The notes under the pieces are model-generated. The model did not search any database, was not told the origin of the DNA, and worked only from the letters and a program-made list of their open reading frames with translations. Positions 31,039 to 42,137 of a DNA stretch of 64,000 nucleotides are shown piece after piece. Source of the DNA: Alphaproteobacteria bacterium (GTDB taxonomy: Bacteria; Pseudomonadota; Alphaproteobacteria; UBA828); the NCBI GenBank assembly GCA_965243375.1, contig CBDEUT010000008.1, forward strand, positions 872,560-936,559, in the 5' to 3' direction. Each line of letters starts with the position of its first letter. The first letter of the stretch is position 1. Position numbers and translations under genes: made by a program.

Positions 31039-31779
31039 TCATCCACCCGCCCCTTCCCGCCGCGCCCGCTTGGCGATGAGGTCGAGCCAGGCGTCGCCGA
31101 CGCGGTAGCAGAAGTCGTGCGAGGCGTAGTGGTGCAGCTGCAGCTGGTGCGGCAGCGCCTCGGGCAGCGTCGGATAGAGGGTGGGCACGATCTCGTCGGA
31201 GATCGAGACCCAGTGGGTCATCATCTCCGGCGTCACCTCGAAATGGGGCTGGAAGGAATAGGTTGCGGCCCCGATGCGGAAGGCCTGGTTGGGCACCGCG
31301 TCGCCCACCATGAGCCGGGTCGCGCCTTCGGGCAGGTCGAAGGTCTGGCTGTGGAACTCGGCGAGGTGGACGGGGTTGTCGAAGGACTGGCCGAGCAGCG
31401 GGTCGGTCTCCGCCGCCTCGGTCAGCCGGATCGGCACGAAGCCCACCTCGGGCACCGCCATGTCGTAGCAGCGCGCGCCGAAGGCGCGCGCGACGATCTG
31501 CGAGCCCAGGCAGACGCCGAGCACGGGCTTCTCCGCTTGCGTGAAGCGCCGCACCAGCGCCGCCGCATCCTCGAGCCAGGGGTGCTCCTCCACGTGGCCC
31601 GCGTGCATGGCGCCGCCCATGAGAAGGAAGCCGTCGTAGCCTGAGTCGTCCCTGGGCAGCCGGTCGTCGGCATTGAGGTGCGGCATGCAGGCCTCGAAGC
31701 GCGCGCCGCGCCTTGCCGCGGGCTCCTCCAGATAGCCCGGCCCGGAATTGTCGTGATTCTGCAGGAGAAGGATACGCAC
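31039..31779 (-). CDS. type 1 glutamine amidotransferase (GMP synthase-like GATase)
   Basis: PVLGVCLGSQ nucleophile elbow; FQPHFE. Confidence 0.88.
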   Translation of the reverse strand: MRILLLQNHDNSGPGYLEEPAARRGARFEACMPHLNADDRLPRDDSGYDGFLLMGGAMHAGHVEEHPWLEDAAALVRRFTQAEKPVLGVCLGSQIVARAFGARCYDMAVPEVGFVPIRLTEAAETDPLLGQSFDNPVHLAEFHSQTFDLPEGATRLMVGDAVPNQAFRIGAATYSFQPHFEVTPEMMTHWVSISDEIVPTLYPTLPEALPHQLQLHHYASHDFCYRVGDAWLDLIAKRARREGAGG

Positions 31780-31785
31780 CGCCGC

Positions 31786-32472
31786 TCAGCCCCCGCGCCA
31801 GAAGCGCTTGAAACTCTCGACCGTCACATCGGGGCCGCGGCAGAAGTCGACGATCGCCTGCTCCTTCTTGGTGACCTCGGCAGCCGCCTCCAGGATCTGC
31901 GGCACGTGTTCGGGGGACACGGCGACGGCGCCGTTCACGTCCGCATGAATGAGCGTGTCGGTTCGGGCGTAGAGCCCTGCGACATTGACCTCGCAGTCGA
32001 AATCCGCGCGGTGGAAGCCTGCGCGGTTGGGCGCGATGCCGCCGCAGAGCACCCGGAAGCCCTCGGCCATGCCGGCCACGTCGCGCACGGCGCCGTTGGT
32101 GAGGAGGCCGATGCAGCCGAGCACGCTGTGCATGAAGCTCATCACCTCGCCGAAGATCGCGTTTGTGGCGGCATGGGGCGTGTCGCCGTCCTGCACCACG
32201 ACGATGCGGGGCTCGGGACCGGCGGCGACGTAGTCGAACCAGGCGAGGTCCTGTGCCTTCTCGGCCTCGGCATCGAGGGCGCCCGGCTCCACCGTGCGGT
32301 AGATCGTGGTGCGCGCGAAGCCCACCATGGGCGGCAGGTCAGGGCGCGCGCAGTGGAGCGTCATCTTGGTCGAGCGGCCCGCCGCCTCCGGCGCGATGGC
32401 GAGCAACGCGTTGCAGATGGTGGGCGTGTCGTAGCGGCCGAGCGCTGCGAGATCGATGTCGTGTGCGGTCAT
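31786..32472 (-). CDS. RraA/HMG-CHA aldolase family protein
   Basis: DTPTICNA, PMVGFART, FGEVM, TNGAVRD, HADVNGA. Confidence 0.85.
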   Translation of the reverse strand: MTAHDIDLAALGRYDTPTICNALLAIAPEAAGRSTKMTLHCARPDLPPMVGFARTTIYRTVEPGALDAEAEKAQDLAWFDYVAAGPEPRIVVVQDGDTPHAATNAIFGEVMSFMHSVLGCIGLLTNGAVRDVAGMAEGFRVLCGGIAPNRAGFHRADFDCEVNVAGLYARTDTLIHADVNGAVAVSPEHVPQILEAAAEVTKKEQAIVDFCRGPDVTVESFKRFWRGG

Positions 32473-32582
32473 GCGGTCCTCCCCGCCCCCTCTTAGCCGC
32501 CGCACCGCCCGCTGACAATGCGTGCGGCCTTGCGCGCGGCACCACCCGCCGCCACCATCGGGCAAACGGAAGGGTGACGCGC

Positions 32583-33500
32583 ATGAGCATCAGGATCGAG
32601 TGCATCCTCGACTGCGGAAACCATCTGGGCGAAGGCCCGGTGTGGGACGTGGACGAAGGCCGGCTCTACTGGGTGGACGGCACCGGCCGCCGGGTCGGCA
32701 AGCCCGAGCTTTGGCGCATGGACCCGCGCACGGGCAAGGTCGAGAACTGGACCCTCGGCGAGCACGACATCGGCGCCATGGCGCTCCGGGCCGGCGGCGG
32801 CGCGGTGATGGCGCTCGACGACGGATTCTACTTCTTCGACTACGACAAGGCGGAGATGGAACTGATTACCAAGGTCGACGAAGACCAGCCGCGCACCCGG
32901 CTCAATGACGGCAAGTGCGACCGGCGCGGGCGCTTCTTTGCCGGCGGCATGGACGACAAGGAGGAGCTCACCATCTGCGGCCTCTGGCGGCTCGACCCCG
33001 ATCTCAGCGTCACCAAGGTGGACGGCGGCATCATCTGCACCAACGGCCCGTGCTGGAGCCCGGACGACAAGACCTTCTACCTGGCCGACAGCTTCCAGGA
33101 CGAGTTCTGGGCCTTCGACTACGACATCGAGACGGGCTCGCTCTCCAACAAGCGGGTGTTCGCCTCGACCAAGGAGGACGCGGGCGTGGCCGACGGCTCG
33201 ACGGTGGACGAGGAGGGCTGCCTCTGGAACGCGCAGGTGATCGGCGGCGAGCTGGTGCGCTACGCGCCGGACGGCTCGGTGGAGCGCCGCATCGGGATGC
33301 CGGTGAAGAACGTCACCAGCGTGATGTTCGGCGGCGACGACCTCGACGTGCTCTACGTCACCTCCATGGCCCGCGTGCAGCACCCGGCGGTGCACGACAT
33401 GTTCGCGGTGGAGGCCAAGCCGCAGTTCCTCGCCGGCGGCCTGTTCGCAGTCACCGGCCTCGGCATCAGGGGCATTCCCGAGCCGCGGTTTGCGGGGTGA
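32583..33500 (+). CDS. SMP-30/gluconolactonase family protein
   Basis: LGEGPVW, RLNDGKCD, NGPCWSPD, DGSTVD..GCLW. Confidence 0.92.
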   Translation: MSIRIECILDCGNHLGEGPVWDVDEGRLYWVDGTGRRVGKPELWRMDPRTGKVENWTLGEHDIGAMALRAGGGAVMALDDGFYFFDYDKAEMELITKVDEDQPRTRLNDGKCDRRGRFFAGGMDDKEELTICGLWRLDPDLSVTKVDGGIICTNGPCWSPDDKTFYLADSFQDEFWAFDYDIETGSLSNKRVFASTKEDAGVADGSTVDEEGCLWNAQVIGGELVRYAPDGSVERRIGMPVKNVTSVMFGGDDLDVLYVTSMARVQHPAVHDMFAVEAKPQFLAGGLFAVTGLGIRGIPEPRFAG

Positions 33501-33511
33501 GTTGTCCGACC

Positions 33512-33706
33512 GTGCACATCCCCGAGGAAACTATCGACCGGTCGAACGCCTCTGAAGGAGTAGCAGTCAAGACGGCTTCGCAGAGCGATCCCTTAGAGGC
33601 GCCCAAGAGGCCCTACGAACTCGCCGACTTGTTGAGCCGCATTACCGACGACAACTTGCATCCCGAGCGAGACACCGGCGAGCCACAGGGCAATGAGCAT
33701 TGGTAG
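33512..33706 (+). pseudogene. MazE/ChpS-like antitoxin remnant
   Basis: VHIP...SEG...YELADLLSRITDDNLHPERDTGEPQGNEHW resembles the MazE C-terminus. The AbrB N-terminal WGNS motif and any cognate toxin are absent. Confidence 0.6.
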
Positions 33707-33793
33707 AAATTTGGCTTGTCCCAAACACGGGATTCGCCGTGTAGCCTGCCTAATCGTCGCAAGTTAGTCGCAACTAGGCGCGAAGGCGCCGCC

Positions 33794-34081
33794 TCAGGTC
33801 TTGCGGATGAAGTTGTCGGCGTAGGACTTGGGCCGGACGGGGCGCGACTGCGGCTCGTCCACCACATAGGCGAGGCCCTTGCGCTTGGCGTAGGCGATCG
33901 CCTGCTGCTTGGTCGCGAAGCTCAGCGTGATCTGCTGGGTGGTGTCGTCGGAGCCGGTCCAGCCCATGAGGCTGTCTACCGCGCGCTGGCCGCGCGGCGC
34001 GTGCTCAAGCACCCAACGGTTGGTCTTCGCCCGGCCCGACTGAGTCGCCGTCTTCGCCGGCCTGTAGATGCGCACCTCCAT
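33794..34081 (-). CDS. ETC complex I subunit (NDUFS4-like)
   Basis: RIYRPAKTATQSG, LMGWTGS.DT..Q, AIAYA, KSYADNF. Confidence 0.9.
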   Translation of the reverse strand: MEVRIYRPAKTATQSGRAKTNRWVLEHAPRGQRAVDSLMGWTGSDDTTQQITLSFATKQQAIAYAKRKGLAYVVDEPQSRPVRPKSYADNFIRKT

Positions 34082-34132
34082 CGCCCGCTCATAGCGCGGC
34101 CGCGCGATGGCGGCAAGCCTTAGCCGGTCTAA

Positions 34133-34285
34133 TCATTTCCCTCAGTCGCCGGGCGCTCGCTCCGCTCGCTTGGCTACGCGCCAAAGGCGCGGCGCGCGGT
34201 CGCGCGCTCCGGACCTGCGGTCCGGCACTCATAACAGCAGACACCTCGTGGGCCGGTCGCGTCGTCCGGGCCTGGCGGCCCGGGA
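34133..34285. repeat. dispersed structured repeat (family B)
   Basis: 48/49 identity to 28887-28935 plus a shared 3' hairpin CCGGGCC...GGCCCGG. Confidence 0.75.
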
Positions 34286-34295
34286 TTGGGGCAGC

Positions 34296-34928
34296 CTAGG
34301 CCGAGGCGCTGGGGCGCTCGCCGACTTCGGCGAACCAGCGGGCGACGTTGGGGCAGTCCTCGGGAATCTCGATCTCGGCGCGCTTGGCGAAGTCGATGGT
34401 CACGAAGGCCGTGATGTCGGCGATGGAGAACCGGTCGCCGGCGAGATGGCTGCTCTCGGCAAGCCGGCGGTCGAGCTTGGCGAAGAAGCGCCCCATGGAC
34501 TGCTTGCCCCGCTCGACCAGCGCCGGGATCTGGGGCACCCCACCCGTCACGCCGGCCAGTCCGCGGCCCTCGAACATCGGCGCGCTGTTTCGCACCGCGT
34601 CGACGGCGGCGAGATAGCCCTCAAGCTCCGCCTGCCGGTTCCACATCTCGATGACCGCCTTCTCCTTGGCGTCCCTGCCCATCAGGTTGGGCTCGGGCCG
34701 GGTCTCCTCCAGATAGCGGCAGATTGCCACCGATTCGCCGATGCTGGTGCCGTCGTCGAGTACCAGGGTGGGCACCACGCAGTTGGGGTTCACGGCGCGG
34801 TACTCGTCGGTGAACTGCTGACGCTCGCGGGTGTTGATCTGGACGGAGGGAATCTCGATCCCCTTCTCGGCGATGAACATGCGCACCCGGCGCGGGCCGG
34901 GCGCGAGCGAGAATTCGTAGAGCTTCAT
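34296..34928 (-). CDS. glutathione S-transferase family protein
   Basis: PRRVRMFIAEKG, VNP..VVPTL, ESVAICRYLE, FSIADI. Confidence 0.92.
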   Translation of the reverse strand: MKLYEFSLAPGPRRVRMFIAEKGIEIPSVQINTRERQQFTDEYRAVNPNCVVPTLVLDDGTSIGESVAICRYLEETRPEPNLMGRDAKEKAVIEMWNRQAELEGYLAAVDAVRNSAPMFEGRGLAGVTGGVPQIPALVERGKQSMGRFFAKLDRRLAESSHLAGDRFSIADITAFVTIDFAKRAEIEIPEDCPNVARWFAEVGERPSASA

Positions 34929-34950
34929 GGCGTAGGTTCTCCCTGGGTGG

Positions 34951-35031
34951 CGCCTCGTCCTCGCTGAGGTGCATGCTGAGCTGCGCGCCGACCTCGACGA
35001 TCCGGTCGGTGGTGGGTGCCTCGATCGCCAT
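34951..35031 (-). pseudogene. possible amidase N-terminal remnant
   Basis: Strong RBS then MAIEAPTTDRIVEVGAQLSMHLSEDEA, resembling N-termini of signature-family amidases; similarity stops after about 27 codons. Confidence 0.35.
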
Positions 35032-35159
35032 GGACTGCCCTCCCCTCGCCGCTCGACCGGAAGCCGGTTCTTTCATAAATTCTTCAATATAATCAGCAAG
35101 TTATGTGAAATTGGGTTCGTTTTGTAATTTTCGGACTTTCACCGCCGCAAGCCTCCGCC

Positions 35160-35624
35160 CTAGGCCGTCGCTTCCACCGCAGGCGTGCCGTAGAGCTGGC
35201 GGGCGCGGACCTCGAAGGCGCGGACCATGCGGTCCACGGCATCGGCGAAAAGGGCGCCCATGACGCGCCTGAGCAGCCTGGAGCGGAACTCGAAATCGAC
35301 GAAAAAGTCCACCTCGCAGCCGTCCGTGCGCTCCCTGAAGCGCCAGCGGTTGACCATGTAGTGGAATGGCCCGTGGGTGTGGTTCACCTCGATCCGGTGC
35401 TCGTCGCGGTGAAGCTGCATCCGCGAGCCGAAGCGCTCGCGGAGCATCATGAAGCCGATCAGCATGTCGGCCTCGACGATGCCGGGCTCGCCGACCTCCC
35501 GCTTTGTTACCCGCGTGCCGAGGCACCAAGGCAGGAACTCGGGGTAGTACTCGACCTCGGCCACCAGATCGAACATCTGGTCCGAGCTGTAGGGCATGAA
35601 GCGGCGCTCGACGTGCTGCGGCAT
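35160..35624 (-). CDS. Coq10/RatA START-domain protein
   Basis: MFDLVAEVEYYPEFLPWC, GPF...NRWRF, FEFRS; usual position after lipA. Confidence 0.9.
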   Translation of the reverse strand: MPQHVERRFMPYSSDQMFDLVAEVEYYPEFLPWCLGTRVTKREVGEPGIVEADMLIGFMMLRERFGSRMQLHRDEHRIEVNHTHGPFHYMVNRWRFRERTDGCEVDFFVDFEFRSRLLRRVMGALFADAVDRMVRAFEVRARQLYGTPAVEATA

Positions 35625-35634
35625 GGGCGCGCCT

Positions 35635-36585
35635 TCAGGCGCTGGCGGGGGGAGCGCCCGCGTCGGCGGCGAGCTTGGCCTCTCGGTTAGCCCGCAGGGT
35701 CTGGAAATCGTCGCCGGCATGGTAGGAGGAGCGCGTGAGCGGCGAAGACGACACCATCAAAAAACCCTTGGCGTAGGCCAGCCGCTCGTACTCGGCGAAC
35801 TCGTCCGGCGTGACGTAGCGCATCACCTCGTGGTGACGCTCGGTCGGGCGCAGGTACTGGCCGACGGTCAGGAAATCCACGTCGGCCGAGCGCAGATCGT
35901 CCATCACCTGGAGGATCTCGCGGCGCTCCTCGCCGAGGCCCACCATGACGCCGGACTTGGTGAAGATCGAAGGATCGCGGCGCTTCACCGTGTCCAGAAG
36001 GCGGAGCGAGTGGTAGTAGCGCGCGCCGGGGCGCACCTCCGTGTAGAGGCGCGGCACCGTCTCCAGATTATGGTTGTAGACGTCGGGCTTCGCGTCGGTC
36101 ACCGCCTCGATGGCGCCCGGCTTGTTGCGAAAATCGGGCGTCAGCACCTCGATGGTGGTCTCCGGCGCGGTCTCGCGCAGCCGCTCGATACAGCGCACGA
36201 ACTGGAAGGCGCCGCCGTCGTCGAGATCGTCCCGGTCGACCGAGGTGATGACCACATGGTCCAGGCCGAGGGAGCCCACCGCTTGCGCGAGCTCGTCCGG
36301 CTCGTGCGGGTCGAGCTGATCGGGCCGGCCGGTCGCGATGTTGCAGAAGGCGCAAGCGCGGGTGCAGACCGAGCCCAAGATCATCACCGTCGCGTGGCCC
36401 TTGGCCCAGCACTCGCCGATGTTGGGGCACGCCGCTTCCTCGCACACGGTGTTGAGCTGGTGCGTTCGCATCAGCTTCCGCGTCGCGTTGTATTCTGTCG
36501 AGGTGGGGGCTTTGACCCGGAGCCAGCGCGGCTTGGGCTCGCGGTCGCTACGCGACTTCAGCGGTGTGACCTGCGACTCAGCCAT
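35635..36585 (-). CDS. lipA: lipoyl synthase
   Basis: [30 protein letters not shown]. Confidence 0.97.
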   Translation of the reverse strand: MAESQVTPLKSRSDREPKPRWLRVKAPTSTEYNATRKLMRTHQLNTVCEEAACPNIGECWAKGHATVMILGSVCTRACAFCNIATGRPDQLDPHEPDELAQAVGSLGLDHVVITSVDRDDLDDGGAFQFVRCIERLRETAPETTIEVLTPDFRNKPGAIEAVTDAKPDVYNHNLETVPRLYTEVRPGARYYHSLRLLDTVKRRDPSIFTKSGVMVGLGEERREILQVMDDLRSADVDFLTVGQYLRPTERHHEVMRYVTPDEFAEYERLAYAKGFLMVSSSPLTRSSYHAGDDFQTLRANREAKLAADAGAPPASA

Positions 36586-36607
36586 CGGCGGCTCCTCGGC
36601 TTCCCGC

Positions 36608-38011
36608 CTAGATGTGGATGACGCGCCCATAGGCGTCAAGCACCGATTCGTGCATCGCCTCGGATAATGTCGGGTGCGGGAAGATCGTCTCGACAAGGTC
36701 CGCCTCGGTGCACTCCAGCGAGCGGGCGACCGTGTAGCCCTGGATCAGCTCGGTCACCTCGGTGCCGATCATATGGGCGCCGAGCAGCTCGCCGGTGGTC
36801 TCGTCGAACACGGTCTTGACCATGCCCTCGGGCTCGCCGAGCGCGATGGCCTTGCCGTTGCCGATGAAGGGGAAGCGTCCGACCCGCACGGCATGCCCCG
36901 CCTCCTTGGCGGCAGCTTCGGTGAGACCGACCGAAGCGACCTGGGGCCGGCAGTAGGTGCAGGCCGGCACGCGGCTGGCATCCAATGGATGCACGCCGTC
37001 TGCGCCCGCGATCTTCTCCACGCAGAGCACGCCTTCGTGGCTGGCCTTGTGGGCGAGCCAGGGCGGGCCGGTGACATCGCCGATGGCGTAGACGCCGGGC
37101 TCGCCCGTCGCCATCCAGGGGTCGGTCCGGATGTGGCCTTTCTCGACCACGACGCCGGTGCCCTCCAGCCCGATGTCCTCGACGTTGCCGACGATGCCGG
37201 CGGCGAGGATCGCACGGTCGAAGGTGGCGTCCTGCGCCTTGCCGTCTGCGGTCTCGATGGCGGCCTGCACCGCGCCGCCGCTCGCGGCGAGGCTGGTCAC
37301 CCGCGCGCCGGTGTGGATGGTCATGCCTTGCGCTTCGAAGGCCTTGAGGGCGGCGGCCGAGATTTCCTCGTCCTCCACCGGCAGCACGCGCGGCAGGATC
37401 TCGACCACGGTGACGGCGCTGCCGAGGTCGGCATAGAAGCTCGCAAACTCCATGCCGATGGCGCCGGCGCCGATCACCAGCAGCGATGCCGGGTGCGCGC
37501 GCGGCACCATCGCCTCCTTGTAGGTCCAGATCGTCTCGCCGTCGGGCTCCAACCCTGGCAGCACCCGCGCGCGTGCGCCAGTCGCGAGGATGATGTGGGC
37601 GGCGCGGACGGTCTCGGCCGTTCCGTCCTCTTTGGTGACTTCAAGGGCGCCAGGGCCCGCGAGCCGGGCGTGGCCCTCGATGACCGCGATCCCGTTCTTC
37701 TTCATCAGGTAGGCGACGCCGCGGGAGAGCTGGTCCGCGACCTTGCGCGAATGGGCGACGACCTTCTCGATATCGACCGAGATGTCGCCGACGCTGATGC
37801 CGAAGTCGCCGAGCCGGCCGAGGGTGTGGCGCAGCTCCGAGACCCGGAGCAACGCCTTGGTCGGGATGCAGCCCCAGTTGAGACAGATGCCACCGAGGTG
37901 CTCGCGCTCGACCACGGCGGTCTTCAGGCCGAGCTGGCTCGCGCGGATCGCCGCGACATAGCCGCCGGGGCCCGTGCCGACGATGACCACGTCAAAGGAC
38001 GGATCGGCCAT
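36608..38011 (-). CDS. lpdA: dihydrolipoyl dehydrogenase (E3)
   Basis: [32 protein letters not shown]. Confidence 0.97.
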   Translation of the reverse strand: MADPSFDVVIVGTGPGGYVAAIRASQLGLKTAVVEREHLGGICLNWGCIPTKALLRVSELRHTLGRLGDFGISVGDISVDIEKVVAHSRKVADQLSRGVAYLMKKNGIAVIEGHARLAGPGALEVTKEDGTAETVRAAHIILATGARARVLPGLEPDGETIWTYKEAMVPRAHPASLLVIGAGAIGMEFASFYADLGSAVTVVEILPRVLPVEDEEISAAALKAFEAQGMTIHTGARVTSLAASGGAVQAAIETADGKAQDATFDRAILAAGIVGNVEDIGLEGTGVVVEKGHIRTDPWMATGEPGVYAIGDVTGPPWLAHKASHEGVLCVEKIAGADGVHPLDASRVPACTYCRPQVASVGLTEAAAKEAGHAVRVGRFPFIGNGKAIALGEPEGMVKTVFDETTGELLGAHMIGTEVTELIQGYTVARSLECTEADLVETIFPHPTLSEAMHESVLDAYGRVIHI

Positions 38012-38100
38012 GATGTCCTCCGGTCTGGTATGCGTGAGGGGCCGGCGCGGCCGGCGCGTTAGTCAGAGCACTACTCGACCGTGCCGAATCTCGGCGGCTC

Positions 38101-38217
38101 GAACCCACCTCCCCCTGTCCCCCTCCCCCCGAAGGGCGGAGGGGGGACGTGGCGGCACCAGCTTGCTCTCCCTCTCCGCCCCTGGGGGCGGAGAGGGCCG
38201 GGGTGAGGTGGGGGTTC
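38101..38217. repeat. family A palindromic repeat, uninterrupted copy
   Basis: Terminal IR GAACCCACCTC.../...GAGGTGGGGGTTC enclosing two hairpins, including CCCTCTCCGCCCC-T-GGGGGCGGAGAGGG. Confidence 0.75.
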
Positions 38218-38290
38218 CTCGGGCCGCACGGCATGCGAAATGAGGGACCGTGCGGCGGCTGGGTACGATCCCGTTCGGTCGGACAGCGCA

Positions 38291-39607
38291 CTAGAGAAGC
38301 ATGGTGAGAGGGTCTTCGATCAGGCCCTTGAATGCCTGCAGGAACCGGGCGCCGAGCGCGCCGTCGACCACGCGGTGATCGACCGAGAGCGTGCACGACA
38401 TCACTGTGGCGACGGCAAGCGCGCCGTCCTTGACCACCGGCCGCTGCTCGGCGGTGCCGACGGCGAGGATCATCGACTGCGGCGGGTTGATGATCGCCGC
38501 GAACTCCTTGATGCCGTACATGCCGAGGTTGGAGACGCTGAAGGTGCCGCCCTGGTACTCCTCCGGCGCGAGGCCCATCGGCTTGGCGCGGGCGCGGGCG
38601 GCGAGCTCCTTCACCTCGGCCGAGATCTCGGCCAGCCCCTTGCCGTCGGCATTGCGCACGATGGGTGTCACCAGCCCGTCCTCGATGGCAACGGCTACCG
38701 AGACATCGGCGCTTGCGTATTGGCGGAGCGCACCGTCCACCCACGACGCATTGGCGGCCGGGACCTTGCGCAGCGCCAGCGCCGCGGCGCGGATCACGAA
38801 GTCGTTGACCGAGAGGCTGTAGTCGTCCGAGCGCTGGTTGAGCTGCGCGCGGGTCTCCAGCAGCGCGTCGACCGCGCAGTCGACGGTCAGATAGAAGTGC
38901 GGGACCTCGCGCTTCGCCTCCTGCAGCCGCTGCGCGATGACCTTGCGCATGGTGCTTGCAGGCGCGTCCTGGTAGGCCGCGGCGGGTGCGACGGGCGCCG
39001 CTGCCGGCACCGCGGCGGGTGCAGCAGCAGGTGCCGGTGCCGGAGCGGCAGCCGCAGGCGCGGCCGCTGCAGCGGCGATCGCCGCCTCGACATCGACCTT
39101 GACGATGCGCCCGTTTGGGCCGGTGCCGGCGATGGCCTCCAGCACGAGGCCGGCCTGCTTGGCCATCCGGCGCGCCAGCGGGCTTGCGAAAATGCGCGCG
39201 CCGGCCTCGCGCTGAGGTGCAGGCGGGGTCGCGCCGTTGCCGCCGGGCGTAGGAGCCGCTGGCGCTGCTGCCGGCGCGGATTCGGCTGCGGCCTCAGCCG
39301 CCGGTTCCGCCGGGACGGCGGCGGGTGCTGCGGCCTCTGCGCCTTCGAGCGTGGATGCGTCCTCGCCCTCCTCCAGAATCAACCCGATGACGGCGTTCAC
39401 CGCCACTCCTTCGGAGCCCGCGGGGGCGACGATCCTGGCAAGAGTGCCTTCGTCGGTCGCCTCCACCTCCATGGTCGCCTTGTCGGTCTCGATCTCGCAC
39501 AGGATATCGCCGGCCTGGACCGCGTCTCCCTCGTTCTTGAGCCAGCTCGCGACGTTGCCCTCGGTCATCGTCGGCGAGAGGGCCGGCATGAGAATTTGGA
39601 TCGGCAT
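38291..39607 (-). CDS. pdhC: pyruvate dehydrogenase E2 dihydrolipoamide acetyltransferase
   Basis: Lipoyl domain ETDKATME, ASPLARR E3-binding domain, DHRVVDG. Confidence 0.96.
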   Translation of the reverse strand: MPIQILMPALSPTMTEGNVASWLKNEGDAVQAGDILCEIETDKATMEVEATDEGTLARIVAPAGSEGVAVNAVIGLILEEGEDASTLEGAEAAAPAAVPAEPAAEAAAESAPAAAPAAPTPGGNGATPPAPQREAGARIFASPLARRMAKQAGLVLEAIAGTGPNGRIVKVDVEAAIAAAAAAPAAAAPAPAPAAAPAAVPAAAPVAPAAAYQDAPASTMRKVIAQRLQEAKREVPHFYLTVDCAVDALLETRAQLNQRSDDYSLSVNDFVIRAAALALRKVPAANASWVDGALRQYASADVSVAVAIEDGLVTPIVRNADGKGLAEISAEVKELAARARAKPMGLAPEEYQGGTFSVSNLGMYGIKEFAAIINPPQSMILAVGTAEQRPVVKDGALAVATVMSCTLSVDHRVVDGALGARFLQAFKGLIEDPLTMLL

Positions 39608-39616
39608 GACGTCTCC

Positions 39617-40600
<984 letters not shown>

Positions 40601-40624
40601 GTGTCGCGGGTTTCCGGGTGAGCT

Positions 40625-41644
40625 TCAGGCGTGCGCCACGACGTCGGCCTCGAGAGAGACCGGGGCGGGCTCGGGTGCAGACTGGGCGAAGTCTGCGGCG
40701 TCGTTGACGACGGCCTTGATCTCCCGGTCGATCTCTTTGATCGCGTCCTCGTCGGCGTGGCCGCCATCGATCAGGGCCTGGCGCGCCTGCTCGATGGCGT
40801 CTCGTTCCTTGCGGACCTTGCTCACCTCCTCGCGGCTCCGGTACTTCGCCGGATCGGACATCGAGTGGCCGCGGTAGCGGTAGGTCATCGCTTCGAGCAG
40901 CAGCGGCCCGTTGCCCGCTCGCAGACCCGCGACGGCCTCCTCGGCCGCCTGGTGCACGGCCGCCACGTCCATGCCGTCGACCCGCCCGCCGGGAATGCCG
41001 AAGGCGGCGCCGCGCTCGTGCAGCTCCGCCACCGCCGCCGAACGCTCGACCGAAGTGCCCATGGCGTACTGGTTGTTCTCGATCACGAAGAGCACCGGGA
41101 GCTGCCAGAGCGCCGCCATGTTGAAGGCCTCGAACACCTGGCCCTGATTGGCCGCGCCGTCGCCGAAATAGGTGACGGAGACGCGATCCGAGGCGCGGTA
41201 CTTGTGGGCAAAGCCGAGGCCGACGCCGAGCGGCACCTGGGCGCCGACGATGCCGTGGCCGCCGTAGAAGCCGCGCTCGGGCGCGAACAGGTGCATCGAG
41301 CCGCCCTTGCCCTTGGAGGAGCCGGCGGCCCGCCCGGTGAGCTCCGCCATGACCTCCTTGGGCGGAACGCCCGCAATCAGCATGTGGGCGTGGCAGCGAT
41401 AGCCGGTGATGACCGAATCGCCGGGCCCGAGCGCGTACTGGATGCCCGTGACCACCGCCTCCTGCCCGATGTAGAGGTGGCAGAAGCCTCCGATCAACCC
41501 CATGCCGTAGAGCTGGCTCGCCTTCTCCTCGAAGCGGCGGAGCAGCAGCATGTCGCGGAAGGCGCGATGCAGCGTCTCCGGCTCCATCGCCGCTGCCTGG
41601 GCGGGCGCGGCCCCGCTCCGGGCCCGTTTTCTGGCGGTCGCCAT
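40625..41644 (-). CDS. pdhA: pyruvate dehydrogenase E1 alpha
   Basis: GGFCHLYIGQEA, GKGGSMH, GDGAANQGQ, YRYRGHSMSDP. Confidence 0.97.
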   Translation of the reverse strand: MATARKRARSGAAPAQAAAMEPETLHRAFRDMLLLRRFEEKASQLYGMGLIGGFCHLYIGQEAVVTGIQYALGPGDSVITGYRCHAHMLIAGVPPKEVMAELTGRAAGSSKGKGGSMHLFAPERGFYGGHGIVGAQVPLGVGLGFAHKYRASDRVSVTYFGDGAANQGQVFEAFNMAALWQLPVLFVIENNQYAMGTSVERSAAVAELHERGAAFGIPGGRVDGMDVAAVHQAAEEAVAGLRAGNGPLLLEAMTYRYRGHSMSDPAKYRSREEVSKVRKERDAIEQARQALIDGGHADEDAIKEIDREIKAVVNDAADFAQSAPEPAPVSLEADVVAHA

Positions 41645-41743
41645 CTCTTCCTCGCCTCCGGTGCCCGCTGCACCCGTTACGTAATCGGCAGGTGCGGAAC
41701 TTCAAGGCACGCTAGGTCAAACCGGGCACTCTGACAAGGGCAA

Positions 41744-41760
41744 GGCAAGTACTACTTGCC
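41744..41760. promoter_or_regulatory. perfect inverted repeat upstream of pdhA (candidate operator)
   Basis: GGCAAGTA-C-TACTTGCC. Confidence 0.4.
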
Positions 41761-41795
41761 ATAGCAAGCAGTCTGGGCCTTCGTTGAGGATAGCG

Positions 41796-42137
41796 CTACT
41801 CGCCGGGTGCCGGCGCGGGCTGCGTTGGCCCTTCGAGGAACAGCACCTCCTCGTCCGGATGCCCCAGGTTGAGCATCCGACGGGCCTCCTGGTCGAGCAG
41901 GTCGAGGTCCAGGCTCTCGGTCCTGAGCTGGGAGACGCGGCGCTCCAGCTTACGCCGCTCCTCGGCGAGCGCAGCCACCTCGGCGCGGGTCCGCTCGACC
42001 TCGGCGGAGCGCTCGACCCACCTGAGCAGCCCCCGCTCGCCCTGCACGCTCTGATAGCCCACGTAGAGCAGGCCCAGCGCGCAGGTCAGCAGCACGATGA
42101 TCGTCCGGTAGCGAACGCGCGCGAATCGCTCGGCCAT
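41796..42137 (-). CDS. ftsB: septum formation initiator FtsB/DivIC family
   Basis: TM helix, GERGLL, coiled coil, LDLDLLDQEAR; eno-ftsB-pdhA order. Confidence 0.88.
   Translation of the reverse strand: MAERFARVRYRTIIVLLTCALGLLYVGYQSVQGERGLLRWVERSAEVERTRAEVAALAEERRKLERRVSQLRTESLDLDLLDQEARRMLNLGHPDEEVLFLEGPTQPAPAPGE

Noticed and set aside
35160-35624. RatA toxin of a TA system
   Set aside because: The conserved lipA-linked Coq10-like START protein with no antitoxin partner is more plausibly housekeeping
38975-39345. Low-complexity GC repeats in pdhC
   Set aside because: They encode the normal Ala/Pro-rich linkers of E2
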